Translations under genes and position numbers: made by a program
In this document: positions 11,901 through 22,800 of the stretch, piece by piece
Position numbering within the stretch: the first letter of the stretch is position 1
Layout: every line of letters begins with the position of its first letter
Notes under the pieces: model-generated
What the model saw: the letters and a program-made list of their open reading frames with translations, nothing else
Databases searched by the model: none
What the model was told of the DNA's origin: nothing
Origin: Corallochytrium limacisporum Hawaii
Taxonomy: Eukaryota; Protista; Pluriformea
Direction of reading: 5' to 3'
Assembly (NCBI GenBank): GCA_002811645.1
Contig: PDIP01000017.1
Span: forward strand, 227,357-291,356
DNA length: 64,000 bases

Positions 11901-12416
11901 TATATGCATGAGACCGCCCAGTTTCGAGCACTTGGAGATCTCCTAACATTCTACACAGAGACTCCCCTGGATGATGACAACCATGTCATCCACGGCTATG
12001 CTTGGCAGACGAGGCCTTGGCGTGCACCGGATCACAGGCACACGGTCTCGAACACAAACATTGCGACTACGGCACGTACCCCCAGCCTTGGCAGTGGTGC
12101 AGCATCTGTGAACAGCGACATACCTCCAAATGAAAGAGTTCGCCGCCTTGACGCGGACATTGCCTCCTTGCGTAAGAGCATCGATCTGCAGCGCGTGCGA
12201 GAGAATCTGCATCGCGAGAAGCAGGCCAAGCTCGGCTTCTTGCAACGTAAAGAGAAAAGGCAACTGCAGGCAATCATCGATGAAGCCTGCGAAATGCAAT
12301 TGCAGTACAGGAATCGCATTGCCAGCATGGAGAAAGAGAAGTATCGCCTGACTGCGGGTAACCGCGGACAGGGAAGTTCAATGCAGGACATGACCAATTT
12401 CCGCCCGTTCCAGTAA
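8976..12416 (+). CDS. Degenerate myosin-motor-like domain + six Y-G-N repeats + SH2 domain + C-terminal coiled coil
   Basis: Myosin-head-like segments (QRIFAVILHTLFLEF, LSRLMDVNPSDLNRALT, LFHAMYFVLVEEVNQSL...HTVDIINCRE) lack a recognisable P-loop or switch motifs. YGN motifs lie at 10965-11366. SH2 at about 11712-12000 (MERGEAERVL...GICLIRS...YPLSY...VVRHFIV...FRALGDLLTFY). Confidence 0.8.
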   Translation: MPEIWNGFYMTGKPSKKDLQTMLDNVRKSATLGTHSLEVFPEGIDVEEVALDSETVRNALQHITNLSNKFNKSHAVLFRGYPSRVRSRAFGDFMRNCVTSHYQSKNRGFGDKLNSAITFLEHLSGIDSDKILTTYASWRLYLEENEAGAGTEILHGAQFYFAVVSGSLFSYTSGIIPDILWAFLYGCQDRGIRSAFQLDLLCEPDPEKKQAGIEVWGSFLDLAQQLGIDEQIMVRTQRIFAVILHTLFLEFDADDHGNAVVMGHMDVLSRLMDVNPSDLNRALTRVEIDLGDVVENEPMKLDVAMQNQLQFVQILFHAMYFVLVEEVNQSLATDMSQSVDYHTVDIINCREAQLENEFGGWNDAAGEVLSVFLQNYVIENLDEMSAGIPDREVLRARDAARFWYNTPDSVLRITGECFERHMFSQKAFSQTFREANDDKEYDSMVFSMNGTHLDVSRDGHLRKYETKEFIKDNQMFDLEKAKGALLKVARHPELLWIPQTFTCEFGLISNLEPANDRGMSARAESSAGNLMRLMAAIKLHHRSFDPAIFYFFRRGTVPLDIQARHLGVDLAIYCEHNVKVEISTEYLSKMIGDQAAVKAVFKQIGIRYEPSGYGVLIPPIALRMIEARKPAPKMAPSVKPTAAEENGKYTEKEGSALPEAQATYGNLETGVANLSVKDAPGQDGNVYGNMDIINNGSPKAVTHAAPVQSGAGPVYGNIDDTRGGAPSEPASGQAPSPPSGPVYGNVDPAKAAVAAAAVAAGSCSRLTQNVQPVYGNMGQVQKPGPLQANQNGPMYGNLDSPAAGSAAGAGNHGRGSMHDTYMTPDEIDRNTPPEIGIQPVVQTPPEEHRKRPSENSTVSGGTHRPRMPTLRLTMRSNASGEASSHSSSPRIGRRHMSVSSAASGRPDFGSFDIRQIYPNMERGEAERVLAEYPNGICLIRSKPGQDRKYPLSYKLSEGVVRHFIVHRDPRSDTPWYMHETAQFRALGDLLTFYTETPLDDDNHVIHGYAWQTRPWRAPDHRHTVSNTNIATTARTPSLGSGAASVNSDIPPNERVRRLDADIASLRKSIDLQRVRENLHREKQAKLGFLQRKEKRQLQAIIDEACEMQLQYRNRIASMEKEKYRLTAGNRGQGSSMQDMTNFRPFQ

Positions 12417-12527
12417 TTTGCACACATGAGTTGAGAAAAGTGAGGGACACTTGCTTTAAAGAATTAGAAATCCTACACTTTATTCTAACAAAGGTATGTT
12501 ATTGAGCTGACTTAGTTTTCTTGTCAC

Positions 12528-15500
12528 TCAAGGACGGTAGCACATCTGTGGCTGCAAGGTATGCGGCTCATTGAGCTTGCGGTAGGCAAGGTGCACCCAA
12601 CGGCATGCAAGTGGCCTCGTGTACCTGGGATCGATAACTTCTTCCACGTTGAACGCAGCGGCAGCCCGCAGCGGGTTGCGGACAGGTTCGAATTGTTCCA
12701 ACAGGGCATCCTTAACAGCCTTGGGATCCTCTGCGGCTTTCAGTTTCGCTTTGTATGCAGCCTCAATGCCACCTTCAAGGGGGAGGGACCCCCAGTCACC
12801 GGACGGCCAGGCCACACGGTAGTTTGGATCACCCCGATCAATGAATGCTGCCCCAGCTACACCGAATGCACGCCGGACAATGGTTGTGAAGAAGGGTACG
12901 GTTGCCGTGTACAGTGATGCCATTGTTGTGGCGCCTTCACGAATGACACCGCTGACCTCAGCCTCAAGGCCCACCGCAAATCCTGGCTGGTCCACAAGGT
13001 TCAAAATCGGTAAATGGAAAGTCTGACACAGGTCCACATGGCGCCTGACCTTCCGTGCAGCATTAGAGTCGAGCGCACCTCCCAAATGCTCCGGATTCTG
13101 TGCCAAAACGCCCACAGAGTACCCATCGAGTCGAGCCAAGCCCACTATCATACTGCTTCCCCATTCCTTGCCAATTTCGAAGAATGATTCACGATCAACA
13201 ACGGAATCGATAATCTTCCTCATGTCGAATGGCGAGCCACGTGTCTTTGGCACAATAGAAGCCAAGCCATCATCCGTGCGTTTCGGATCGTCTTTCTGCG
13301 CATCAGCAAGATTTCGTGGCGCTAATTCGTAGGCATTCGTCGGCAAATAGCTGAGGAATTTCCGCACATGCTTAAACGCTTCTTCCTCGCTTTCAACTAC
13401 CTGGTCTACAGATCCGTTGGTACCAGAGATGCTCCAGCCACCCAGTTGCTCCTTGGTAAGGCTCTGATGGGTTGCGTACTCTACCACAGGCGGACCAGCC
13501 ACAAACAGCTGGCTCAAACCGCGCACCATGACACTAAAATGAGTCATCATCGCCCGGGCAGCGCCTAGTCCAACCACAGGGCCGAGGAGTAGACCACACA
13601 CGGGGGCGACGTTGAGGATGTCCACTTGCGCCCTCCAGCCCACCAGTGGCGGTGCGTAGGAATAACCTGCATCCAGCATGGTAGTAACTGATCCACCTCC
13701 CGAACTGCCGTCAAGCAAGCGTACCATGGGAATGCGGAAGTCCAGAGCCAACTTCTCCATTTGAACCTGCTTCAACCAGATAGCACCGTCGGCATGGCCG
13801 CCGCGTATGGTAAAGTCATCTGCACCAACCATGACCTCTCGGCCATGGATTCTACCCTGTCCGCCAATGTAGTTAGCAGGGTGTGATTCGATCTCGTCTC
13901 GGCCCATATTGGCATACACTGTCTTGCCGGCAATGCTACCGATCTCGTAAAATGAGCCCTTGTCGAGGAGCAAGGCAATTCGGCTGCGGGGATCCAGTTT
14001 ACCAGCGCTATGCTGGCGCTGCAGACCCTTCTCACCGCCCATTTCGAGGGCACGTGCGCGGCGGCGATGAAGTTCATCGATGGCATCTTTCCATAAGTTG
14101 TCTGCGCTCGGGGCAATTTCTGGATGCTCATAGCTTTCCTTGATGTGGTCGTACAGAACTTGCAGTCGTTTGTTGGCTTGGGATGCTGACGTGTCAGGCT
14201 CCAAAATTAGAATTGGTTCGCCCTTTTTCACTAGCGACCCAGCAGATATCACGACCGAAGCTACCCTACCCTCCTCCATTGCACGGATGCTGTGCTCCAT
14301 TTTCATGACATTGATGTTGCCAACAACAGTAGAGCGGGACACCGATTCTCCCTTCTTAACATTGAGCTGACTAAGCATGCCACTCATCGGTGCTCGCACA
14401 GCAAGTGCACCATCAGCAGCAGCTCCTTGATCTTGTAAGGCAGATGGATCAGAACCACCGACAATCTCCTCCAGCAGGGTCAAGCGTCCATCGTTGGTGA
14501 GTACAGCACGTCGCTGTGATAGAGCTTCTCCAGGAGCCTCTGGCTGTCGGGGCGCCAGCTGCGGTCGGATGGATCGGTCAAAATGCTCGTAGATGCGCTC
14601 GCCATCTGTTGTGGTCACAGTGTCCTGCACTACTGTTGGGTCTTGGAGAACTGCGAGGATCATGTCACGGTTTGTGGAGATCGGACCCACGTGAAGTTCA
14701 CGCAGAGCTGCAGCCATCCGTTGCAGACCATCTGCCCGTGTACTTCCTCGGCAAATGACCTTCAAGAGCAGTCGATCATAGAATGGAGGCACTTCCTGGC
14801 CAAGCACTACACCAGAGTCGATGCGAGTAAAGGGTCTCAATGGGTAGTGAAGGCGGTTGATTCCAAGGCTCTCCGTATGACTCTCCATGTTGATTCGGGC
14901 CTGAACAGCCATGGTGCCACGATCTGGTGTTTTAACATCATGTAGGCCCAATTCCCGCAGAGTCGCACCTTGACCGATAAGCAACTGATTTTGCACAATA
15001 TCAACTCCAGAGAATTCTTCAGTTACTGTATGCTCCACCTGGACGCGTGGATTGACTTCAAGGAAGTAGTATTCTCCACTAGTTACATCAACCAGAAATT
15101 CTACAGTTCCAGCGGATCGATAATCTGCTGCCCTTGCGATTGCGATGGCAGACTCCCAGAGCTTCTCACGGATCTTCAAAGGTACACCATCGGCGGGAGC
15201 AAACTCCAGAAATTTTTGACGCTGAAGCTGCAAACTGCAGTCCCGATCCCATAAATGAATCACATCACCTGTTTGATCCGCAAGCACCTGAACTTCGACA
15301 TGTTTTGCCCGTGCGATATACTGTTCAACAAAAACACTAGGATCCCCACTGCTGGCCACACCTTCCGCTGAACACTTCTGGAACACGGGCTCAAGTGCAT
15401 CAGAGCTTTCCACGACTCCAATACCTTTGCCACCTCCACCGTTCACCGCTTTCAACAAGAATGGATAGCTGACTACTCCTGATGCCTCCTGTACGATGGA

Positions 15501-15968
15501 CTGCAGTTCTGGGAACGTCCTTGCGCTCTGCCCGCTGGCCCAAGGAACGGGGATCCCCAGAGTTTGTGCAACGGCCTTGGCCTGCAACTTGTCACCCAGC
15601 ATGGACAAGGTCCGGGCCTCCGGTCCAATAAAGACGACTCCAGCATCTAGACATGCTTGTGCCAACTTAGGGTCCTCGCTGAGGAATCCGTATCCTGGGT
15701 GGAGCGCATCTGCACCCGCTTGCTTGACTATGCTCATGATGCCTTGAAGGTTCAAATATGCAGAGCTCGGATGAGGCATGGTTTGACCAGGGGGTGGCGG
15801 TGGTGTTGGAAGCTCAAAGCTTTGCGTTGCTTCATACCTGTGCGGTGATTGACTGTCCTCTTTACCGTAGACTGCTATGGTACGAATGCCCAGTTCTTGA
15901 GCTGCGCGAATAATCCGAAGGGCAATCTCCCCTCGATTTGCGACTAGCAGTTTCGTGATCTTTGGCAT
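12528..15968 (-). CDS. Single-chain biotin-dependent acyl-CoA carboxylase (BC-BCCP-CT; LCC-type)
   Basis: KLLVANRGEIA, LHPGYGFLSE, GGGGKG and EVNPRVQVEH (BC); VMKM (biotinyl site); CT domain with DFTIRGG, VDQPGFAVGLEAE and EVIDPRYTR. Confidence 0.92.
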   Translation of the reverse strand: MPKITKLLVANRGEIALRIIRAAQELGIRTIAVYGKEDSQSPHRYEATQSFELPTPPPPPGQTMPHPSSAYLNLQGIMSIVKQAGADALHPGYGFLSEDPKLAQACLDAGVVFIGPEARTLSMLGDKLQAKAVAQTLGIPVPWASGQSARTFPELQSIVQEASGVVSYPFLLKAVNGGGGKGIGVVESSDALEPVFQKCSAEGVASSGDPSVFVEQYIARAKHVEVQVLADQTGDVIHLWDRDCSLQLQRQKFLEFAPADGVPLKIREKLWESAIAIARAADYRSAGTVEFLVDVTSGEYYFLEVNPRVQVEHTVTEEFSGVDIVQNQLLIGQGATLRELGLHDVKTPDRGTMAVQARINMESHTESLGINRLHYPLRPFTRIDSGVVLGQEVPPFYDRLLLKVICRGSTRADGLQRMAAALRELHVGPISTNRDMILAVLQDPTVVQDTVTTTDGERIYEHFDRSIRPQLAPRQPEAPGEALSQRRAVLTNDGRLTLLEEIVGGSDPSALQDQGAAADGALAVRAPMSGMLSQLNVKKGESVSRSTVVGNINVMKMEHSIRAMEEGRVASVVISAGSLVKKGEPILILEPDTSASQANKRLQVLYDHIKESYEHPEIAPSADNLWKDAIDELHRRRARALEMGGEKGLQRQHSAGKLDPRSRIALLLDKGSFYEIGSIAGKTVYANMGRDEIESHPANYIGGQGRIHGREVMVGADDFTIRGGHADGAIWLKQVQMEKLALDFRIPMVRLLDGSSGGGSVTTMLDAGYSYAPPLVGWRAQVDILNVAPVCGLLLGPVVGLGAARAMMTHFSVMVRGLSQLFVAGPPVVEYATHQSLTKEQLGGWSISGTNGSVDQVVESEEEAFKHVRKFLSYLPTNAYELAPRNLADAQKDDPKRTDDGLASIVPKTRGSPFDMRKIIDSVVDRESFFEIGKEWGSSMIVGLARLDGYSVGVLAQNPEHLGGALDSNAARKVRRHVDLCQTFHLPILNLVDQPGFAVGLEAEVSGVIREGATTMASLYTATVPFFTTIVRRAFGVAGAAFIDRGDPNYRVAWPSGDWGSLPLEGGIEAAYKAKLKAAEDPKAVKDALLEQFEPVRNPLRAAAAFNVEEVIDPRYTRPLACRWVHLAYRKLNEPHTLQPQMCYRP

Positions 15969-16345
15969 TGTTCAGCCGTTTAGCGCACTATTGACTTCCC
16001 AAACCAATATTTCACAAATTGTAGGCTCTTCGTGTAGAAATGAGTCTGAGATACCTGTCCGACCGCAACATCAGATCTTTCTCGAGGCCGTGCGCAGCAC
16101 ACCCGGGGAGGAGGGGGCTCTGCAGATCCTCAGCTGACCCACACACACTACCGAACACAGCAGAGTGCGTAGTTTGATTTTATTCTTAGTATACCACTGG
16201 ACCGCTTTCGACACCACACTGGTGCGGGATCTATAAATAGGAGAGGGGCTGCGCTCCAGGCCGACTCTTTTCACTTTAGAAAATATTGATCTTAGAGTAT
16301 ATGATTGATTTTAGTTTTTGGAGATTATATTGATATGCAATGCAG

Positions 16346-16558
16346 CTGTATACGAAAGTAGAAGGCATCCACAGAGATGTGTTAGTTTGAAGGTCTCGTG
16401 CCCAAGGTGTGTACACAAATGAGAAAATGGTGGTTTTACGTCAGGTTGGTTGCTCCTGGAGCATTTTCGTCAACGTCTTTGACTATCGAAGACCGTCGTG
16501 ATTGGTATCATCATTCTGGTAACCACTATCAGATCCCAAGAAAATTACAAAAACTTAC
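16346..16558 (-). other. 3'-UTR intron of mitochondrial uL14 gene (snoRNA host)
   Basis: GTAAGT 10 nt after the stop codon, ACTAAC at 16386-16381, TATACAG acceptor at 16346. Confidence 0.8.
16436..16520 (-). ncRNA. Box C/D snoRNA, SNORD35/snR73-type (LSU rRNA 2'-O-methylation guide)
   Basis: Box C ATGATGA (16514-16508), box D CTGA (16444-16441), C'-like TTGACGA. The guide UCACGACGGUCU is complementary to the conserved LSU rRNA sequence AGACCGUCGUGA. It lies inside an intron. Confidence 0.85.
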
Positions 16559-16568
16559 CATTGCAATG

Positions 16569-16886
16569 TCACTTGTACTCGTAGTATGGGCGTTGCATCA
16601 GTCGGGTTCCGATGACCTTTTCGTCTCCACGACGCATTAAGATGCAGGCCGCACCATCGTCGGCTCTCCGTCCCATACCAGTCCGGGTGAGCGTGTGTGT
16701 TTTTGTCCGGATGACTCGCGCTAACGTGACATCGCTGCGCTTTACCCTAGCTTTTGTCACATTTGGGTTGTCCTGTTTGATAACGACTGTGGTGATCTCG
16801 CCCAGTTTCACACCACGCTCTCTGATGCACTTGGCCAGCCTGCCGCCAGAATTATCGGCGACGCGCATAACCTGTCCGAATGTCAT
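16569..16886 (-). CDS. MRPL14: Mitochondrial ribosomal protein uL14m
   Basis: MRVADNSGGRLAKCI, ARVIRTK and IGTR motifs of L14. A probable 47-nt 5'-UTR intron lies at 16894-16940 (GTATGT/ACTAAC/AAG). Confidence 0.85.
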   Translation of the reverse strand: MTFGQVMRVADNSGGRLAKCIRERGVKLGEITTVVIKQDNPNVTKARVKRSDVTLARVIRTKTHTLTRTGMGRRADDGAACILMRRGDEKVIGTRLMQRPYYEYK

Positions 16887-17133
16887 GGTTGACCTTTGCG
16901 AGTTTCTCGTAAGTGTTAGTTCCCAACGAATTTCACATACAGGACTCGTCTACTCCTTCGAACAATACACACTGTGTCTTCCTGTATGTTCTATTCGCTT
17001 TTCTATGAATTCATCTTATGACCTTGGATTTTTCGAATTCGTATGTAGCATCACATGCGATCTCTCTCGAATACCCATGCAGCGGCGCTCTGGTGAAACC
17101 TGCGCGCTCCCCGTGTTGGCCAGTGTGGCTCAT

Positions 17134-17165
17134 CCCCCTTCCCCTCATGGGGCCGGGGGGGGGGG
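17134..17165. promoter_or_regulatory. Poly-C/CCGG/poly-G upstream element
   Basis: cccccttcccctcatggggccggggggggggg upstream of MRPL14. Confidence 0.5.
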
Positions 17166-19824
17166 CAAACAAATGAATGGAGTGGCTGTAGTGGCTTGTT
17201 CGCGATAAAACTGAATACCTTGTTAAATGCATTGAATTGGGCGACAAGTCTGAAACTACGAATAGCACAGTGTTCACGTACAGGCGGAGCCCGTTCACCA
17301 GGGCCATCGCTGTTGAACATGGCCTGCTCAAATTGTCCATCGGTACATGACTGCAATAACATTCATCAAACACTGCGACATCGTCCAGAGACAAGCATGA
17401 AGTGTTCCGTTTGTGATTGGAATATTCCTGCTGATGCTAGCATGAGTTCGCAGGAGGATTCTCATGCCTCGAATGATTTGACGCACATTCAGGTTTGTTT
17501 CATTCGTGGACTCTGTGCATGCCGTTGAGCGATCACAGTCTCTCAGCAAGCCCATCTGTATTACGTAGAATAGGGTAGCAAAAGAAGACGGATGAAGATG
17601 ACAAAGTCCAAAGGAACAAACACCACACGCAACCAAAATCGGGAGGACCTCGAAGGCAGCACAGCGGCTTCAATCTCAAGGGCCAGGTAGAGGTGTAATT
17701 TGCTGCGTTAAGCACTTCCATGGTTGCTTCGTTTCAATCAGTTTGGAACCATGATGAAACCTGCCTGCCTGTACCGACTTGGGATATCTTCTGTTCGACG
17801 TCAAATGTGCGATGTGTCAGTGTCCACGGTAGTACACCGACCAATGGCAGAAAGGAGGCTTTTTTTGGGCCCTGAACTGAAATAATCGTATTCCCTGCTT
17901 GCTGCTTGCTGCACATAGGTCAGGTAGTGTGCCATGTCCTTTGGATGGATTGTGTAGTGCAGAGAGCTGATATCACCAGCGTCTGGCTCTGCCTGACGAA
18001 GAAGACGTGGAGCATCGGGCTTCTAGTCCAGTCCGGGAGGAGATGGTAACGGATGCCTACAAGATACAATCTACTACTGCCCACGGTGCGATGTATTTGG
18101 TGTAGGCGGTGGCTCTTAGGCACTTTGAGCGCAAACTGGGAGGCCCATTTTTTAGGATCGTCTCCGCGCCCACCCTACTCGAATTGGGGAGGGGAAATAG
18201 AGGGCGCTGATTGGCCCAATTTTGCAACACCGTCCCGGAGGGGGGGCTGACCCGGTGTAGGTGCAAAGATGCACAGTCATGCACACCAGCCATTCCTAAT
18301 ATTTTCCATTGGAAAGGGATTCAGATCGCAAGTGGGCGCAGGGAGAGCTATCTGTTGATGCCATCGTGAGAATATGAAGGGTAGAATTAACTGCCGGAAA
18401 GGCTGCTCATGCTGGCAGCCATGGCTAGGGATCGGTACAGAAATACGGAATGGACAGTAGTGTGAACAGGGAGTCGTACCTGAACGTCTCCAAAGCAGCG
18501 AGCGAACCCGTTCTATGGGAAGCATACCCACATTTGCAAGGCAGCTTTCTCTCAGCGCCTGGGAGATCGAAATTCTTCTTTAATGTTATCGAGCACTCCA
18601 GCAGGCAATTGTATGCCATCTCCCTTCACGAGTATAAAGTACGTCAACTATAGCAAGTATAAGGTATATTTCCTTCACTGCAACTCCACCTTGCATTTTG
18701 CAACCGTGTGACGTGGACTGGCGCCTCTAGCCAGTCATCCCAAGACTCCTACTGAGCCCTTAGATATCCTTGCACATCCGATGAAGGAAACAAAAGCAGG
18801 GATCGTAGGAACCTGGTAATTATCTCCGAGACCGTGAATTCATGCCCCAACAGAATAGCATACACAAAGCGATGGGATTTGTCCATGTCAAATGCACTTT
18901 GGTCCTTCGGACCCGGTTGATGAGTGAAGCAGCCCAGTTACACCTCTAACTCCTCCCAGGGAGGGCCAAAGCGTTGCTGCGGCAATGGACAATAGCCGAC
19001 GGACATAGACCGAAGAAGGGTGTGTAAGGGGTGGGCAAGAATCGATGGGGGAAATAATTCATGAATGGCGCCGGCTCTCTCAATCTCTCCATCGAGCGGA
19101 CAACTAAGAACCCCCGTCTTCGCATTTTCTACCGCCTGGGGCTCGTAGGGACGCAAAAGGGGTGCACTCGTCCCGTATTTCGTTGCTTCACTCTGTATAG
19201 AAAAGTGAAGAGTGTGACGATAGCCAAGAGAGGAAAGAGAGACCCTCCGAGGGGGGAAGGGCGCCACGGAGTGAGAGTGTAAGACAAAACTGGTCGTGCC
19301 CGTAGCTCGCCTGGTCCACAGCAACCGCTTTCTGGACAAAGTGATTTCTTCGTGGACAGCAGGGCAATACATTTGATACTTACAACGAGAGTTTAAAGGC
19401 TTCGGTGAGGACCCCTGGCCAAGATCCCCGTCATTGTCTCGTTCAGCCATTGAGCAGACGGGGTCTCTGCCAGGGAAGAGTGATCTACGAGCTGCTACCG
19501 GTCGACTAAATGACAACCATTCATATGTGGCTGGAGACATTGATGCTAGAAAGTCTGTGCACTCCCTTGGCACGAATCATAGATATGGGTGTAGAGACAA
19601 TGGTCAGTCACCTCGGAAATCCCATGTAGTCTACCTTCGCAGGGGTATTTGCGATCGTAGAACTCTAGGCAAACCCTGTCACCATCAGGGAAAAACGCGA
19701 ACTCTGGCTTTGTGTAGCCAAGCCAGCAAAGTGTAAAGTGTGTGTAAGTGTGTGAACAAGTCGTAAAGAATAGGAGAAAGCGAGAGTACACCTCTCCTGA
19801 CAGATCTGGGAAGTCAACAGAATT

Positions 19825-22800
19825 ATGAAAGCTCTTCTATGTGGCACTGCCGCATTGGCATTGGTATCTGTTGCCAGAGGGCATGTGGGTCATCATGCAC
19901 CAGAAAATCAAAACCATCTTGTGCATGAAAACGAACACGTGTGCACAGGTGCAGTTGACGGTGGACTGGATCCGAACTTTCTCCGTGCACCGCAGGCGTA
20001 CAACTCCCACATTCAGCGCCGCGATGGGGTCTTTGGAGGGGCATACACAAACCTGCGAATCACTCCAGTCTACGCCGACATTAGTGGTCTGAGTGCTGCT
20101 GAACAGGATGTCCTGACTAACCAGGTAATGCCAGGTGCAATCACATACCTCGAAAATGCCATGGGTGTCATTCCTGTGAACGGAAACCTTGGTCTCCCTT
20201 CCGACAGCCGCTGCCAAGGGTACTACACAAGCGGCACATACGCTGGCAAGTGTGCATCCGCCAGCAACAGTGACGTCATGTGCCGAGATGTGGCTATCGA
20301 TGAGAGCATGCTGGCCCCTCTAGAGGTGTGCAGCGTTGCCGATGGTTGCTCAATGCAAGGAGGTGGCGAGGGTGTTGCAGACACTGACTTCGTCGTCTTT
20401 GTCACATCCGTGTCGGAGCCTGGCTCGACCTGTGACCCAAACTCGTCAACTTTGGCTTACGCGCTTAGCTGTGGCCTGGATCAAAATGATCGTCCCGTGG
20501 CTGGCTATATTCGATTTTGTCCAAGCAAATTCAGTGCCAATGACTCTGCCATCAATCAACAGATTGGTACTGCTGTCCACGAGCTGTTGCACGCACTCGT
20601 ATTCAGTCCCAACCTCTACGCGTTCTTCCGGGACGACAACGGCAATCCCCGCACGGCCCGTGATGCACTGGGATACCCTCCGTATAATGCTACCGGTTGG
20701 ATTGCTGATGAGAACACCATTAAGGCGTTCGAAGAGCGTGGACATACCGTAACTAAGATTGTGACCCCCCGTGTGGTGGAGGCTGTGAAGCGCCACTTTG
20801 ACTGTCCAACTTTGAATGGAGCGGAGCTCGAGGACGGTGGTAGTGGAGGTAGCGCTGGTGCCCACTGGGAAAAACGTCAATTCTACGAGGACGTCATGAT
20901 TGCTGTTTCGACTCCGAACTATTACCTCTCTATCATGGATTTGGCACTCATGGAGGACTCTGGCTGGTACAAGGCGAACTGGTCTGTCCAAGAAACCTTA
21001 CCGTGGGGTTTCCACGAGGGGTGTAGCTTTGCGACTGATGAATGTATCTCTGACACTGGTGAGGCACTTGATGATGCCCATTTCTGCACCACGACCACTG
21101 ATGGGTGCAGTGCAGATTACACAGCCAAGGCCCGCTGCAATGTTGTTAACTACGGTAGCGATCTACCTGGACAGTTCCAGTGGTTCGAAGAGAGCACACA
21201 GGGTGGCCTGAACCAATTCTTTGATTACTGCCCGTACTACTGGGCATTTTCAAATGGTGACTGCCGCAACCCATCGAATGAGGGAGCCAACGCTGCACTC
21301 TATGGCGAGACCTATGGCAGTAATTCAATTTGTCTCACTGGAACCCTTCTGGATGATAGCTATGTTCCTGTGGACACCGCCAGTGGTCTGTGTATGGAGC
21401 ATCGCTGTCTGTGGGTCGACTACAGTGTTCAGTTGGAAATTCGCCCAGTTGGGGGTGTGTGGAAAGAGTGTACCCCTGGTGGAAGCGTTAGTTTCCCTGG
21501 GTACACCGGATCCATCGATTGTCCTCCCGCAAATGAAGTGTGCCAGCTATGGAAAAATGATATTTGGAACCATCAGAACCTGCCAGCGGGTGTTGTCGCC
21601 GTGGAAGAAAATGTCAATGAACCTGCTGCCGACTGGACACCTAATGGGTTGGTGACGGAAACTACATCTTCTACCACCCCTGTTGAGGAGAGCACTACTA
21701 CATCAGAGACCAGCTCGGCAACCACAGATCCGACTACCACCACCACTACGGATCCGACCACTACCACCACTACGGATCCGACCACTACCACCACTACGGA
21801 TCCGACCACTACCACCACCACTACGGATCCGACTAGCACTAGCACTACGGATCCGACTACCACCACTACTACGGATCCAACTACCACCACCACTACGGAT
21901 CCGACTACCACGTCGACGACGACGGAGGATCCAACCACTACCACACCCTCCTCTACCACTGAGGACCCGACATCTACAAGTACCACGTCCACCACAACAG
22001 AGGATCCGACCACGACCAGTGAACCGACGACTATTACCAGTACCTCTGAGACCACAGTCACCACAACAGTCACCGAAGACCCAACCACAGCAACGACAAC
22101 AATTTCCACGACGATCACCGAAGATCCGACGACGACAACAACTACAGTTTCAACGACTGTACCCACGACAGTCTCCACCACCACCACCTCCACCACGGTC
22201 GTCACGGAGACTGTGACGGAGCCCTTCACAGATTCTGAGACTTCACCAACACCGCTTGAGACTCCCCCTGAGACCACTGCCACAGAGACCACTGTAACAC
22301 CGGAGATTGACTTTGACGTCAATGACAAGATCGACCCTGATGAATTTGGATATGCTGCTCCCCTTCGTGAAGAGGATGATGAGATGGTCGCCCTCTACAT
22401 TACTGGCATCAATCGTACTGCGTTTATTGCGGACGAGACCGTGTACCGTTTCCGATTGGCAGATGCCATTAGTGCTGGTACTGGTACTGCTTTTGACGGC
22501 AATGATGTAAAGATTCGCCAGGTGAATCAGCAGCTTATTGGGATTCAGGTCAGCATCACCGTCCGTGACCCTCAGGGCAATGTCCAATCTGCAAGTCTTC
22601 TGGTCCGTGTCCTTCTTTCCGTCCTTAATCTGCTAAACGATGCAAGTGGTCTAAATGTACGTGCCGCCGAAGCCTTTAACATTCCGAATGATACCTTCAC
22701 TCCAGTCGATGTTCGCGAAGAGAACATTCAGGCGGCAGCTGAGACTGTCCTTGGTGAACTGCCAGGTGGCCCATCTCTGCTTAGTATTTCTTATGCGGCC

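Noticed and set aside
16569-16571. TGA readthrough or selenocysteine in MRPL14
   Set aside because: The spliced downstream frame shows no convincing L14 similarity and no SECIS was seen; a 3'-UTR intron explains the layout.
21727-21935. Regular 24-nt repeats as a CRISPR array
   Set aside because: No unique spacers; it is an in-frame coding minisatellite in a eukaryotic gene.
21573-22328. 251-aa Val-rich minus-strand ORF
   Set aside because: Antisense shadow of the Thr-rich repeat in the leishmanolysin gene.
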